The notes beneath the pieces are model-generated. The model was not told the DNA's origin and searched no databases. It saw nothing but the letters and a program-made list of their open reading frames with translations. Positions 21,230 through 31,392 of a DNA stretch of 64,000 nucleotides are shown here, in pieces. Made by a program: the position numbers and the translations under genes. The stretch's first letter is position 1, and every line of letters begins with the position of its first letter. Origin of the DNA: an uncultured delta proteobacterium (GTDB lineage Bacteria; Desulfobacterota; Binatia; UBA9968); contig CAVUVW010000011.1 of the NCBI GenBank assembly GCA_963745035.1, positions 64,001-128,000 of the forward strand. Reading direction: 5' to 3'.

Positions 21230-21283
21230 CCGACTCTCTCTCATCGCGGCCGTGACAGTGAGTTTTCTTAGTAGGGGTCACCT

Positions 21284-21503
21284 GAGAGTCTGTGAAAAAA
21301 ATCATTTACAAAAGGTCGCCAAACGTTTGGCGGTATGAGATCGTTTTTTCATGAACGAACAAGCGATGTTGTTTGCAAAGCTGGCTGAGTCGGCGGCGGT
21401 TAACGAGTCGAGCGGCGCTGCGCAGGGCGCACCGCGAGTGCTGTTGGCCGAGCGCAATCAAATCGAGGGAGAAAAGGGTCAGGGATTGGGGGTCAGACTT
21501 TGA
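21284..21503 (+). mobile_element. Probable IS1182-family remnant: left end plus truncated transposase start
   Basis: GAGAGTCTGTGAAAAA end-like sequence; 50-aa ORF 21351-21503 containing GAPRVLLAERNQIE, resembling IS1182 transposase N-termini (recalled, not searched). Confidence 0.55.
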
Positions 21504-21507
21504 TATC

Positions 21508-21646
21508 GATTCTGCTGAAAAAGTCCCATTCGAAAATTTAGGAAAAATCATTTCGCTCACAGATGCTCTATAATGCACGATCGGAGTTTGGTTAATGATT
21601 TTGTTCATCCCGAATTTTCGTGAACAGAGGGTTTTTCAGCAGCATC
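21508..21646. mobile_element. 139-bp MITE with terminal inverted repeats
   Basis: GATTCTGCTGAAAAA ... TTTTTCAGCAGCATC flanked by GATATC at 21502-21507 and 21647-21652. Confidence 0.75.
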
Positions 21647-21691
21647 GATATCACGACAATCATTCTCATCCGGTCGGCCTGCTTCGCCCAT

Positions 21692-21910
21692 TCACGCCGC
21701 TGGCTTCCAATTTAGCGACAGTCTCTTTCGACTTGCCGCACAATCGCGCAAGTACAGGTTGATCAGCGTCCGAGCCGGAATCCCAGTTTCCACTGCTATA
21801 GATTCGAAATACTCGACGGTCCCTTCGTCGAGCCGAACGGTGACTTCTTTTTTAAGACGCTTCGCGTATGGGTTGGGTTTGGCATTGGAAAAATCGTAAT
21901 GCTTTCTCAT
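21692..21910 (-). CDS. BrnA-type (RHH/CopG) antitoxin
   Basis: MRKHYDFS, NPYAKRLKKEVTVRLD and INLYLRDC motifs. Confidence 0.85.
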   Translation of the reverse strand: MRKHYDFSNAKPNPYAKRLKKEVTVRLDEGTVEYFESIAVETGIPARTLINLYLRDCAASRKRLSLNWKPAA

Positions 21911-21978
21911 CGTTTCCACCCTTTACTGTAACCAGTTCGTTCCGAGCAGTCTGCTGCGCGCGCTGATATAAGGAGAAT
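21907..21978 (-). pseudogene. C-terminal remnant of a BrnT-type toxin
   Basis: Minus frame ILLISARAADCSERTGYSKGWKR* (ISAR motif), with its stop overlapping the antitoxin ATG. Confidence 0.6.
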
Positions 21979-22314
21979 CAACTCGTCTTGCTGCCTGTAC
22001 GTATGGCAGACTTTGAAACCGGGTCGGAGCCTTTGTCTTCACAATCAGTCATAACTGCGGAGCAAATAAAAATTCCGTTCTCTACTAGAATGTCGACACA
22101 GCGATCAGCGAGTTTTCCTTCAATGTCGGCAACCTCTTCTTCGCTCATTCCGGCGGGCGGATAAATCCGCACATGGCCGTCCTCGTCTTCGAACGTCTCC
22201 GTGGTCGCCTCGATCCTTGATTCCGGACAAAGCTGCTTTCGCAAGCAGGCTCAACTCCGCAAGGTAATTATCCACGAGGCTTTTTCGTTCAGACAAAGAC
22301 ATCGATTTAACCAT
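21978..22314 (-). CDS. Small acidic hypothetical protein (frameshift near 22240)
   Basis: ORFs 22120-22338 and 21978-22244 join into MVKSMSLSERKSLVDNYLAEL...FEDEDGHVRIYPP...ILVENGIFI. Confidence 0.55.
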
Positions 22315-22567
22315 TGGAAAGCCCTTTCTCGATCTCACCGACGAACTCAGTCGCTTTTTGCGAGCGCCCGTGTTGCCTGTCGGCGGCTCACGTCATGGTC
22401 TCTATGATCCGCCGTGTGCCGCAAATCCTGCACGACTTTTAGATCACGGGCTAAAAAAGCTGAATAAAGTTTTTTCTCCGGGTAAGCTCATTAGCGAAGG
22501 TCGCTTGGAGTCCTGCGTGAGTCCACTCGGCACGCAAAAAACCGGCCGCTTCAAGGGCAACCCGCTT

Positions 22568-22636
22568 GGGGTCATGACTCGGGGTCAAGGCGGGGGGTCA
22601 GGCCTGAGCGGGGTCAAGGCTGGGGTCTGAGTCGTG
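22568..22636 (+). repeat. Cluster of five GGGGTC(A) units
   Basis: Units at 22568, 22581, 22594, 22610 and 22622; imperfect inverted pair catgactc / gagtcgtg. Confidence 0.75.
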
Positions 22637-22804
22637 CGTTGTTGTCGGTTATCTCGGCTATTTTCTTTTCCGCCGCACAGGTGCTTTTGAATTCAACTCC
22701 ACAGCTTCTTGCCCGCGCTCGCCGCGCCGTCCAGAGGGCGCGGAGCTTGGCCCAGGCGATTTGCGGGTGGACACGGCCGCGTAGGCCGCAGTCGGTGCCG
22801 ATTA

Positions 22805-23062
22805 GAGCGTGTGAAGAGCGGTTGCTAGCGTCGGAACAACCGCCCTTCTATCATCTATGTAGTGTATCTACGTCGATGATCGCGTCGATGATTGCCGGCC
22901 TGCCGCTGCGGTTGGCTTCGAGGCCGCGCTTCAGCGCATCCTGGAGCTTTTCCGGATCGGTCACCTGCTCGCCGTAACCGCCGACGCATTCGGCGACCTT
23001 CACGAAGTCGGGAGGATTGATATGGGTGCTGTAGTAGACATTGGTCTCTACCGCGATCCCGT
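22805..23062 (-). pseudogene. Diverged copy of the TPP-enzyme 3' end and its downstream flank (matches about 23724-23959)
   Basis: Long identical runs (e.g. ggttggcttcgaggccgcgcttcagcgcatcctggagcttttccggatcggtcac) interrupted by codon-level substitutions. Confidence 0.88.
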
Positions 23063-23212
23063 TTCAGTTTGAACGAATTATTCTGGATTACTCACCGGGG
23101 CCGGGCAAAGAGCGACGCAACAGGACCGCGCGCTCGCGTTGACCAACTGGTGAAACCCTCGAAATCCGAAATGCCAAAACCCACGACTTGACCCGACGCC
23201 GCCACTCTCGAT

Positions 23213-23662
23213 TTACTTCTTGCTTTTTTGATCTATGACCTTCAGGTCGAACTTCCCTGGCGACTCCTCGTAAAAGAGCGCGCCTTCCTTCGGGTCTCCG
23301 CTGCTCACATGCACGGTCCCGCCCGGAATGGAGAAATAGGACCCGGCATCGACTCGCCGCTCGTTGCCGTTCTGGGGCTTGTAAATATAGGCGCCCCGCA
23401 GCACGACGATCCGGACTTCGTTGGTGTGGGTATGCACAGGATTGGTCAGGCCTGGATCGAACCTCGTGAAGGCGCCGTAAGGTCCCTTGTCGTGATTACC
23501 CCACAGGATCTTTTTCTTAACTCCCGGCGCGATCTCCTTGAACTCCGCTTTCTCGGATTCCACGAAAACCGGTTCCTTCTTGCTCTGGGCCAGCGCTACG
23601 CCCAGCAAGCAGGCCACCACCGCGACTCCGACTACCGAAACCAACTTTGCTTGCATCTTCAT
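23213..23662 (-). CDS. Secreted cupin-domain protein (DUF4437-like)
   Basis: Signal peptide; PVHTHT and PGGTVH cupin motifs; GGAGG RBS. Confidence 0.8.
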   Translation of the reverse strand: MKMQAKLVSVVGVAVVACLLGVALAQSKKEPVFVESEKAEFKEIAPGVKKKILWGNHDKGPYGAFTRFDPGLTNPVHTHTNEVRIVVLRGAYIYKPQNGNERRVDAGSYFSIPGGTVHVSSGDPKEGALFYEESPGKFDLKVIDQKSKK

Positions 23663-23765
23663 AGCTTCCTCCTGCGATGTGACTACGGACGAATTTTCCC
23701 TGGTTCTGGATTCTGTTCCTGATCGAGCGTGTGAAAGGCCGTTGCTACCGCCGGCTTCCCATTCT

Positions 23766-25456
23766 CTAGGTAACGATCACGTCGATGATCGCCGGCTTGC
23801 CGCTCCGGTTGGCTTCGAGGCCGCGCTTCAGCGCATCCTGGAGCTTTTCCGGATCGGTCACTTGCTCACCGTAGCCGTCGACGGATTCGGCGACCTTCAC
23901 GAAGCTGGGCGCATTGATGTGGGTGCCGTGGTAAAGATCGATCTCGGCCGCGATCCCGTCCGGATACATCTTTTGGTGCATGCCCTGCATGGCGGCGTAT
24001 TTTTTGTTGTTGAAGATGACCGTCATAGTCGGCAGGTTGTAATCGCGCGCCGCGCCGAGGCTGCCGAGAGCCGGGTTGTAAAGGAACGCGCCGTCGCCGA
24101 TCAGGGTCACGACCTGCCGTTCCGGTTTCCCGAGCTTGATCCCCAGCGAAAGACCCAGCCCCTGTCCGAGACCGCCTTGGCGGGTGAACAGGCACTGCGG
24201 GTGGTTCCATACGAGGTGTTGGCGCAAGGTGGCGGTGTGGGTGGTGACTTCGTCGATGTAAATCGCATCTTTGGGCATCACGGCGTTGAGCGAGGCGCAC
24301 AGCCATACCGGATCAATCGGTGTCTTCTTGCGCGCAGCCGTCTGCGCCGCATTCCTTTTCTCGACCAGCGCATCGTGCGCCGCGGCGAGCTCCTTGCGTC
24401 TTGCCTCCACCGCGGCCTTATCGACTTTAGCGGCATTGGCTAGATCGCGCAGCGTCTGTGCCACGTTGCCTTCGAGATACATATCGGCCTGATGACTCTG
24501 GTAGACCATCGCCGAATTGTGCGGCGCCTCGTCCACCATGGCGACCACGGCCTTGGGCGGGCGGTTGCTTGGCGGATACCACGGGGCGCGCGCGCGGACG
24601 ACGATCGCGAGGTCCATGTCGTTCCAGAACGGTTTGATATCGGTGCCCTGATAAAGCGGATGATCCTTGGGGAAGTTGGCGAACAGGGCGCCGGGCTTCT
24701 CGACCAACGGCAGAGCGAGCTTCTCGCACAGCGCGACCAGCGCCTCGTAAGTCTCGACCTCCTGGCCGGCGCCCTCGGTGAGCACCACCGGGTGTTTCGC
24801 TTTGGAAAGCTGGGCGGCGAGCTTTTCGATGTCCTCCGGCGCAGTCAGGATGCGCGGTGCGGGCGGAACCGTGCGCGGATTAACTGCGGCGGTGTCCAGC
24901 CATCCATCAGCGTTTCCGTCGAAACGGAAAGATAAGTGGGTCCGGTCGGTTGCCGCTGCGCCAGCTCGCCGGCGCGGATGACGCTTTCATAGAGCGTGTG
25001 GACGCTGCCCGCGACAGAGGAGTACTTGACGATCGAGTCGACCAGGTTGGTCGTGCCGCTGACGATGCTCAAGTTGTTCATCCACTGGGCGCCCGGATCG
25101 AACTCCGGCTGCTCGCCGTAGGTCATCGACTCTCCGGAGATCACCACCATCGGGACTCCGGCGACAAAGGCGCCGTGCATGCCCATGGCGCCCTGCAACA
25201 GGCCGGCGCCCGCGTGCAACAACACGGCCTGCATTTTGCCGGTGGCCAGCGTGTAGCCCGCCGCGATGTCGACGGCGAGTGTTTCGTGCCACACGTCCAG
25301 CAGTTTGGGACCGCTCTTCTTCCGGTGGATCTGGTCGGCCATGGCTTCCCAGACAGGCGCCCATTCGGTGCCCGGCGAAGACAGGATGTATTCAACTCCG
25401 AGCTTGCGGAACGCTTCGACTAAGGCGCTGCCGCCGTCGAACTGGTTCTTTTTCAT
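23766..25456 (-). CDS. Thiamine diphosphate-binding enzyme (ALS / benzoylformate decarboxylase-like), frameshifted near 24800-24880
   Basis: SPGTE and HE in the N-terminal half; GDGAF...NN TPP motif in the C-terminal half. Confidence 0.88.
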
Positions 25457-25549
25457 GTTTGGTCTCCCTCGAATGTGTAACTAATTGGCAATTAAAGTAA
25501 GTTGCTCCGTCTGGCTGCCGACGAGATTTCTAGAGAACCCAATTGGATT

Positions 25550-26633
25550 TCACGCCAAACCGTAAAACGTTCTCGGATTATCCTCGACGATCTTTCTGTG
25601 CTGCGCGGCGCTGATGCCGCCGCCATCTTTTAACGTCGTCAGTGCGTCCAGTTCCGTCGACGAGTCGGCGTGGCCGTAGTCGGTGCCGATCATCAGCGTG
25701 TTTTCGCCCATGCAGCTCTTGATGAGATACGGCACGTCGTCGCCGATCTGGCAGGTCACGAAGATGCCGCAGCGCTCGAGCAAGATCGTCGGGCAGCCGA
25801 TTGCCTACTTTGTCCAAGCGCCGGCGCAGCTCATAAATGACCCACGGCACCCACGTCGCCGCGGTTTCGATGAAGCCGAAGCGGAGTTTGGGAAATTTCT
25901 GCGGGATGCCGCAATTGATCAGGCGGAACATCGCACCGACGTTAAAAATTCTGTACTGGTTGAAAAAGTCCCGGCTGCCGTCGGGATTGACCATCATGTC
26001 CACTGCCGCGGCGCTGCCGTTGGATTGGTGCAGGCCGATGCAGAAATTCATTTTCTCGGCTTGCTCGTACAAAGGAAAGAAATAGGGATCGCTGATCTGG
26101 CGCGCGCCTTCGAGCGGGCGCATGAAGACGCCGCAGCCACCGTTCTCCTTGGCGAACTTGAGCTGGTCGAGCGCGTCCGGCATGCTGAGCAGCGGCAAGT
26201 TCGCCATCCAGCGTAAACGCCCCTTGCTCTGTTTCCAAACATCCGCCATCCAGCGATTGTAAGCGCCGCACAACGCCACCTCGGTATCGGCGCGTTCGGT
26301 CACCTGGTCGAGAAAGATGCTCGTGTAGAGCACTTGGATATCGATCCCCAACTCGTCCATGTGCTTGACGCGCGCACCCACGTCGGCCAGATCGCGCGTC
26401 GCCATGTCGGTCGCCATATCGCGGCCGATCTCGGCCGACTTCTTGTCGAGATCGGCCTTGCTAAAGGTGAACCGGAACAGGCCGCGGATCTTGCCGTCGA
26501 TCACCCAGTGCGCCTTTTGATTGTCATCCTCCGGCTTGAACAACTGGGGCCGAAACTTTTTCTCCGCCGCTGTCAGGTAGTCCCACGTCAGCGGACTTTC
26601 AACGACATGCGCGTCAGCGTCTACCCATCCCAT
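25550..26633 (-). CDS. Amidohydrolase family 2 (frameshift near 25780)
   Basis: DADAHV, FPKLRFGFIE and GTDYGH motifs. Confidence 0.85.
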
Positions 26634-26648
26634 GGTTCGATCCTCCGG

Positions 26649-26743
26649 TATTTTGGATTGCCGATTTTGGATTTTGGATTATCAGAATGCCGACAAGGTT
26701 TATCCGCACGGAACTGTTGCCTGTTGCCTAATGCCTGCTGCCT
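26649..26743. repeat. Two short 7-bp-period tandem arrays
   Basis: ttttgga-type units at about 26650-26680; tgcctgt/tgcctaa/tgcctgc units at about 26717-26743 (similar array at about 44545-44572). Confidence 0.6.
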
Positions 26744-26748
26744 TCTTC

Positions 26749-27513
26749 TCAATGAAGCACCGCCCCACCATTCACGAGAATGGTTTGGCCTGTAACGAAC
26801 GTGCTCAAATCAGACAAAAGATAGAGCGCGGTCCCGACCAGATCTTCCGGTTGCTCGATGCGTTTAAGAATTCGTGTCGAAGCCGTTCTCTCGTAATTCT
26901 TCAGCGCCGCCTCAGTAGCTTTTTCTTCGCTCATCGTCGCGCCGGGAGCCAAAGTATTTACGCGAATATTGTCGGGGCCAAGCTCGCGCGCCAGCACTCG
27001 GCTGAAGCCGACCACGGCAGCCTTCGAAGTCACATAGTGCATCATCGTCAAGCCGCCGTTGAATGCCATGTTCGAGGAAATGTTGACAACGCTCCCTTGT
27101 TTGCGCTGCTGCATCGCCGGCACGACCGCGCGGCTGGCCAGCCACAGTCCCTTCACGTTGACCGCCATGATCCGGTCCCAAGCCTCCTCGGTAATTTCCT
27201 GCCAGCTACCCTTCTCGGCGGGCACGCTCATGAAGATCGCAGCATTGTTAACTAGTCCGTCGACCTTGCCGTAGGCATTGAGGGTCTTCTTCGCCATCTC
27301 CTGGCAGCTCGAAAAATTTGCCACGTCTACTTTCGTCGCGAGCGCTTTGCCGCCGCTATCGATGATCGCTTTGGCCACGCCTTCCGCCGCCGCTGCGTCG
27401 ATATCGGCAACGACAGCGGTCCCTCCTTCGCGGGCAATTCCTAGACAATATGCGCGGCCAATGCCATGGCCGCCTCCCGTTACGATCACGACCTTGTCAT
27501 CAAGTAGACCCAT
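26749..27513 (-). CDS. Short-chain dehydrogenase/reductase
   Basis: TGGGHGIG, NNAA and YVTSK motifs. Confidence 0.92.
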   Translation of the reverse strand: MGLLDDKVVIVTGGGHGIGRAYCLGIAREGGTAVVADIDAAAAEGVAKAIIDSGGKALATKVDVANFSSCQEMAKKTLNAYGKVDGLVNNAAIFMSVPAEKGSWQEITEEAWDRIMAVNVKGLWLASRAVVPAMQQRKQGSVVNISSNMAFNGGLTMMHYVTSKAAVVGFSRVLARELGPDNIRVNTLAPGATMSEEKATEAALKNYERTASTRILKRIEQPEDLVGTALYLLSDLSTFVTGQTILVNGGAVLH

Positions 27514-27728
27514 CTACACTTCCTCTCAATGAATCTGAACGGCCGAGCGCAAGTAGGCTTCCGTTCACTTAGTTATCACCGCGCATTTATCATTGTCAAA
27601 ACCGAGCGGAGCCAATAAAATACCCGTCGTTTTTACATGATGCGTCTTGGATCCGATCTGCGAACGTCCCGGCAAGTAGTACATGACAGCTCCGTGGCGG
27701 TTCAACCAGGGTGATTCTCGAACCATTA

Positions 27729-28838
27729 ATGCTTAAGAAAACATTGCAATATCTTCTGCTGGTCCTATTCGGCGCGGGCACAGCCATGGTCGGCGTCGAA
27801 TTCATTGGGCGGATTGTGCCTATCGATAGTCTACCACGTTCGTTGTCGGCAATTGTTCAGACGATGCAGCTTCATGAAAACGTTTACCGGCGCGACGTCT
27901 ACCTGCAATACGTAATTGATCCTGGAGCTGACCACTTGTTCCAGCATAGAGAGTTCACCTACCGTGTTAAGCCAGGACTCAAATTGGAACAAGCTGGTTT
28001 TCGTGGCAGCCCGCTGCAAAATCCGGTATGGGGCATAGCCTTGGGTGATTCTTTTACATTCGGCGTGGGAGTCGAGCATGATTCAACTTGGGTGGCGCAA
28101 TTAGCAAAACTGACGCGGAAAGAAATAGTAAACCTCGGAGTGCCGGGGTGGGGTCCTCAACAGTATACCCGAGCTTTAGAGCGATACGGCGCACCCCTAA
28201 AACCAAAAGTAGTTTGGTACGCTTTATATAGAAACGACCTGCAAGACGTTTTGTTGTTTGATCAATGGTCTCGGAAACCGCCTTACGGGCAGAGAATCCA
28301 GAACTTCTTGGGACTACATTCCATCGTTTACAATTTTTTCCGATTGCTTGTAGGCAGCGTTACGCCGGGAGCCGAAACGATTGTTCTGGAGAACTCTCTT
28401 AAGTTCAACTCGAAGGTGCTCAAGCACGGACTGCTAACTGATCGTAACAGCTTTAACTCGGCGTGGTCGATCATGAAACGAGAAATCAGCCTTGCCATAG
28501 ATTACAGCCACGCTATAAACGCGATTTTCGTGCTGCTTTATTTGCCTTCCAAGGAGGAGGTCCATTGGGAGTCTATCAAACGGCGAGGGATCGATCTTGG
28601 ATCATTCGATCACGATATCGAGATGCTGAGATCCCATGTTCTGAATTTTTGCAAGCTGCGGGAAATTTCGTGCTTGGATCTCACACCGGGGTTTCGATTC
28701 AAAGCAGCGGCGGGAATGAAGCTCTACTATTCAGATGATAGCCACTGGAATGAAGCGGGAAACCGACTTGCCGCTGACGAAATTCATCGGTTTATCCGGA
28801 ATCATGCCGAGATTGGCCTTAGAGTATCTTTACCTTAG
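27729..28838 (+). CDS. SGNH/GDSL hydrolase-like protein (AlgX/AlgJ-like), membrane anchored
   Basis: N-terminal TM segment; GDSFTFG, NLGVPG and DSHWN motifs; visibly more AT-rich than neighbours. Confidence 0.82.
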   Translation: MLKKTLQYLLLVLFGAGTAMVGVEFIGRIVPIDSLPRSLSAIVQTMQLHENVYRRDVYLQYVIDPGADHLFQHREFTYRVKPGLKLEQAGFRGSPLQNPVWGIALGDSFTFGVGVEHDSTWVAQLAKLTRKEIVNLGVPGWGPQQYTRALERYGAPLKPKVVWYALYRNDLQDVLLFDQWSRKPPYGQRIQNFLGLHSIVYNFFRLLVGSVTPGAETIVLENSLKFNSKVLKHGLLTDRNSFNSAWSIMKREISLAIDYSHAINAIFVLLYLPSKEEVHWESIKRRGIDLGSFDHDIEMLRSHVLNFCKLREISCLDLTPGFRFKAAAGMKLYYSDDSHWNEAGNRLAADEIHRFIRNHAEIGLRVSLP

Positions 28839-28913
28839 CCAGGCTTTGTCGCATTCGAGACAAAGCGCCAAACGTCGGCGCACATATCGAGAAAAATCAC
28901 ACCTGTCGTCTAT

Positions 28914-29247
28914 CCAGTCGAGAATGACTTGATTGGTTTCTTCCGGCGCCTGCAAAAAAACCGTGTGACTGGCCTTTCAAGATTTTCATCTCCGCGCCGG
29001 GAATTCGAGGAGCACCTTTGCTGGCAATGTAATTGCCGCCGATGTATAGCTTCGCCGATCAACCTAACGTCGACGCCTTGCCGCCGCTATCGACAAATGC
29101 TTTGGCTATGCCTTCCGCCGCCGCTGCAGCGATATCGGCGGCCACAGCGGTTCCTCGTTACGCGCAATTCCCAAAGAATATGCACGACCGACGCCATTCC
29201 CGCCGCCGGTGACAATCACCACTTTCTTTTTGCTCCAGTAGTCTCAT
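28914..29247 (-). pseudogene. Chimeric remnant: SDR 5' end fused to alpha/beta hydrolase 3' end
   Basis: 29074-29247 resembles about 27340-27513; 28914-29079 resembles about 31426-31603; junction at minus-strand AAGGCG (29074-29079). Confidence 0.85.
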
Positions 29248-29328
29248 CTCGGATCCTATCTTGTTTAGCTGTGTCCGGGCCCATCCGGTGGTACAAAACC
29301 GGTCGGATAGCGCTCTCTATCCTTCGTT

Positions 29329-30387
29329 TCACGGCTTCAACATCTTGCGCAGCTTCGCCTTCAAGTCGGCCGGCAGAGCCAAGAACTCCGTCACCAGCTT
29401 TTGCACCTGCTGCGCGGAGACCGGAGCGATTTCAAGTTTTCCTTTTTCGGCTTCCGCCAAAAACTCTTTGTCCGCGAACGTTCTCGTGAGGGCCGCTTCC
29501 AGAGCGGCGCTCCGATCCTGCGGTACGGCCGACGGCACGACGTAGACTTTGCCGAACTGATTCGGCGCCGCGGCGCCGTAGCGGAGCAACTGGCGCTGCT
29601 CTTCGGTTTTGGCGATCATCGGAATCGTCGGCACGTTCGGAGCCGGCAGCTCCGCAATGGGATTGTCGCTGATCTGGGCGAGAATAAGCCACTCGCCGCT
29701 CTTGACCTTGTCCAACGAAGTTATCTTGGTCGATTCCCAGCTATTCATCAGGCCATCCAGCTCGCCGCTCTCTATGGCTAGGCGGATGTCGGCCGTGCCT
29801 TTGTAGCCGCTCACCATTTTAATGTTTGCCCCCAGGAGGTCGCGGAGAAGAATCGGCCCCTGTTCCACCGTCGAGCCGGGAATCCCGCCCATGACAATCT
29901 GTTTCGACTTCGACCCCATCACCTCTTCGAACTTCGCGACACCGGGTTTGCGCGTCACGAGCACGAGGTAGGTCTCGCCGATAGGCACACCGAGGTAGCG
30001 AAACTTGCCGAGGTCGTATTGCACCGCCGGGTTGGCAAAGAGCTGTTCCAAAATAATCTGCCCGCTAATGTTGCCGATCACGGTGCCATCTTTGGGCGCG
30101 GCGTTGAAGAGATGATTGGCCGCGATGATGCTGCCGGCGCCGGTCATGTTCTCGACGATGACGCCGGGATTACCCGGAATGTGTTTGTGGAGATGGCGCC
30201 CGATGACTCGGGAATAGGCGTCGTACCCGCCGCCGGCGGAAAATCCCACGATGATGCGGACGGTCTTGCCTCGATAGAAATCCGCCACCGCCTTCTCGTC
30301 AAATGCTGCGGCAGCCCATGCTTGCACCGCCAAACTAAAACACGAGTAAAGACAAAGAAACATCATCAAGGATAGAAGCCTTCTCAC
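29329..30387 (-). CDS. Tripartite tricarboxylate transporter substrate-binding protein (TctC/Bug family)
   Basis: FYRGKTVRIIVGFSAGGGYD, ENMTGAGS and GYKGTADIRLA motifs; GTG after GGAGG. Confidence 0.87.
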   Translation of the reverse strand: MRRLLSLMMFLCLYSCFSLAVQAWAAAAFDEKAVADFYRGKTVRIIVGFSAGGGYDAYSRVIGRHLHKHIPGNPGVIVENMTGAGSIIAANHLFNAAPKDGTVIGNISGQIILEQLFANPAVQYDLGKFRYLGVPIGETYLVLVTRKPGVAKFEEVMGSKSKQIVMGGIPGSTVEQGPILLRDLLGANIKMVSGYKGTADIRLAIESGELDGLMNSWESTKITSLDKVKSGEWLILAQISDNPIAELPAPNVPTIPMIAKTEEQRQLLRYGAAAPNQFGKVYVVPSAVPQDRSAALEAALTRTFADKEFLAEAEKGKLEIAPVSAQQVQKLVTEFLALPADLKAKLRKMLKP

Positions 30388-30565
30388 AAGCACCTCCGGA
30401 TTGGATGTCGATGTGCGGAGCCCAAGCAAAGTTGTACGTCTGCTCTGGCTACCACCGCGCCGTCGCCACTGTCAACACGAAGCTCAGATCGGGTACCGCT
30501 TGCAAATCGGCGGCGCTGTAGACACTCTGCTCTTTATCCGCAATGACACTTGACGGAGGCTCATC

Positions 30566-31378
30566 ATGGCGAGCGGCGAGGCACCCCGGAGCAAATTCAC
30601 CGAAGTGCAGGGAATCAAACTCCACTATTTGGAATGGGGAGAGTCCGGCAAGCCGGATCTCTTGCTGGTTCATGGCTGGACCAATTTTTCATCGAGCTGG
30701 TCGGCGGTCGCGGAATATTTTGAGAACCGCTTTCACATCATCGCGCCGGACCTGCGCGGCCACGGCGAGTCCGATAAACCGCAAACGGGCTATCGGCTGC
30801 GCGATTTCACCGAAGATATTCGCCAGCTCATCAAGAAACTTGAGCTGCGCCAGCCAGCCTATGTCGGCCATTCCTGGGGCGGCAACATCGGCACGATCCT
30901 CGCGTCGGATTCACCGGTTCTGATTTCGCGCGCCTTCCTCGAAGATCCCGTTTACTGGCGCATGCTCCACGCCTTCATGACCGCGCTGCCGGGCGCGCTG
31001 GCGCGGCTCAGTAGACCGGAAGCGGAGATCCGCGCCGAAGCCAGGCAAAAAGGCCTTTCGCAATCCGACGAGGACATGGAAGTTTACCGCAATCGCCACT
31101 TTTCGGCCGACGCGATCACACGTTTGCTTACGGACAATCGCGACTGGGCTTTTGCTTTTGAAGATCATCTGAAGCGCATCGCCGTGCCGACGATGCTTTT
31201 GGTCGCCGACAACAAAGCCGCGCAGCCGGGCGCGATCATGCGCGAGGAAATGGCCTATCTCCAGCGCATCGCTTCGCCGCAAGTGAAGTTCGACTTCTGG
31301 GAAGGAGTCGGGCACGGCATGAAAGCGGCAAGGCCGGCGGAATACAACAAAGCGTTGGAGTCGTGGCTGCTGGCCTAG
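30566..31378 (+). CDS. Alpha/beta hydrolase
   Basis: VHGW, DLRGHGES, GHSWGG and GVGH motifs. Confidence 0.88.
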   Translation: MASGEAPRSKFTEVQGIKLHYLEWGESGKPDLLLVHGWTNFSSSWSAVAEYFENRFHIIAPDLRGHGESDKPQTGYRLRDFTEDIRQLIKKLELRQPAYVGHSWGGNIGTILASDSPVLISRAFLEDPVYWRMLHAFMTALPGALARLSRPEAEIRAEARQKGLSQSDEDMEVYRNRHFSADAITRLLTDNRDWAFAFEDHLKRIAVPTMLLVADNKAAQPGAIMREEMAYLQRIASPQVKFDFWEGVGHGMKAARPAEYNKALESWLLA

Positions 31379-31392
31379 TCTGCGCGAAGAAA

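Noticed and set aside
21306-21608. 100-aa minus-strand ORF
   Set aside because: It runs across the MITE and antisense to the IS stub, so it is probably spurious.
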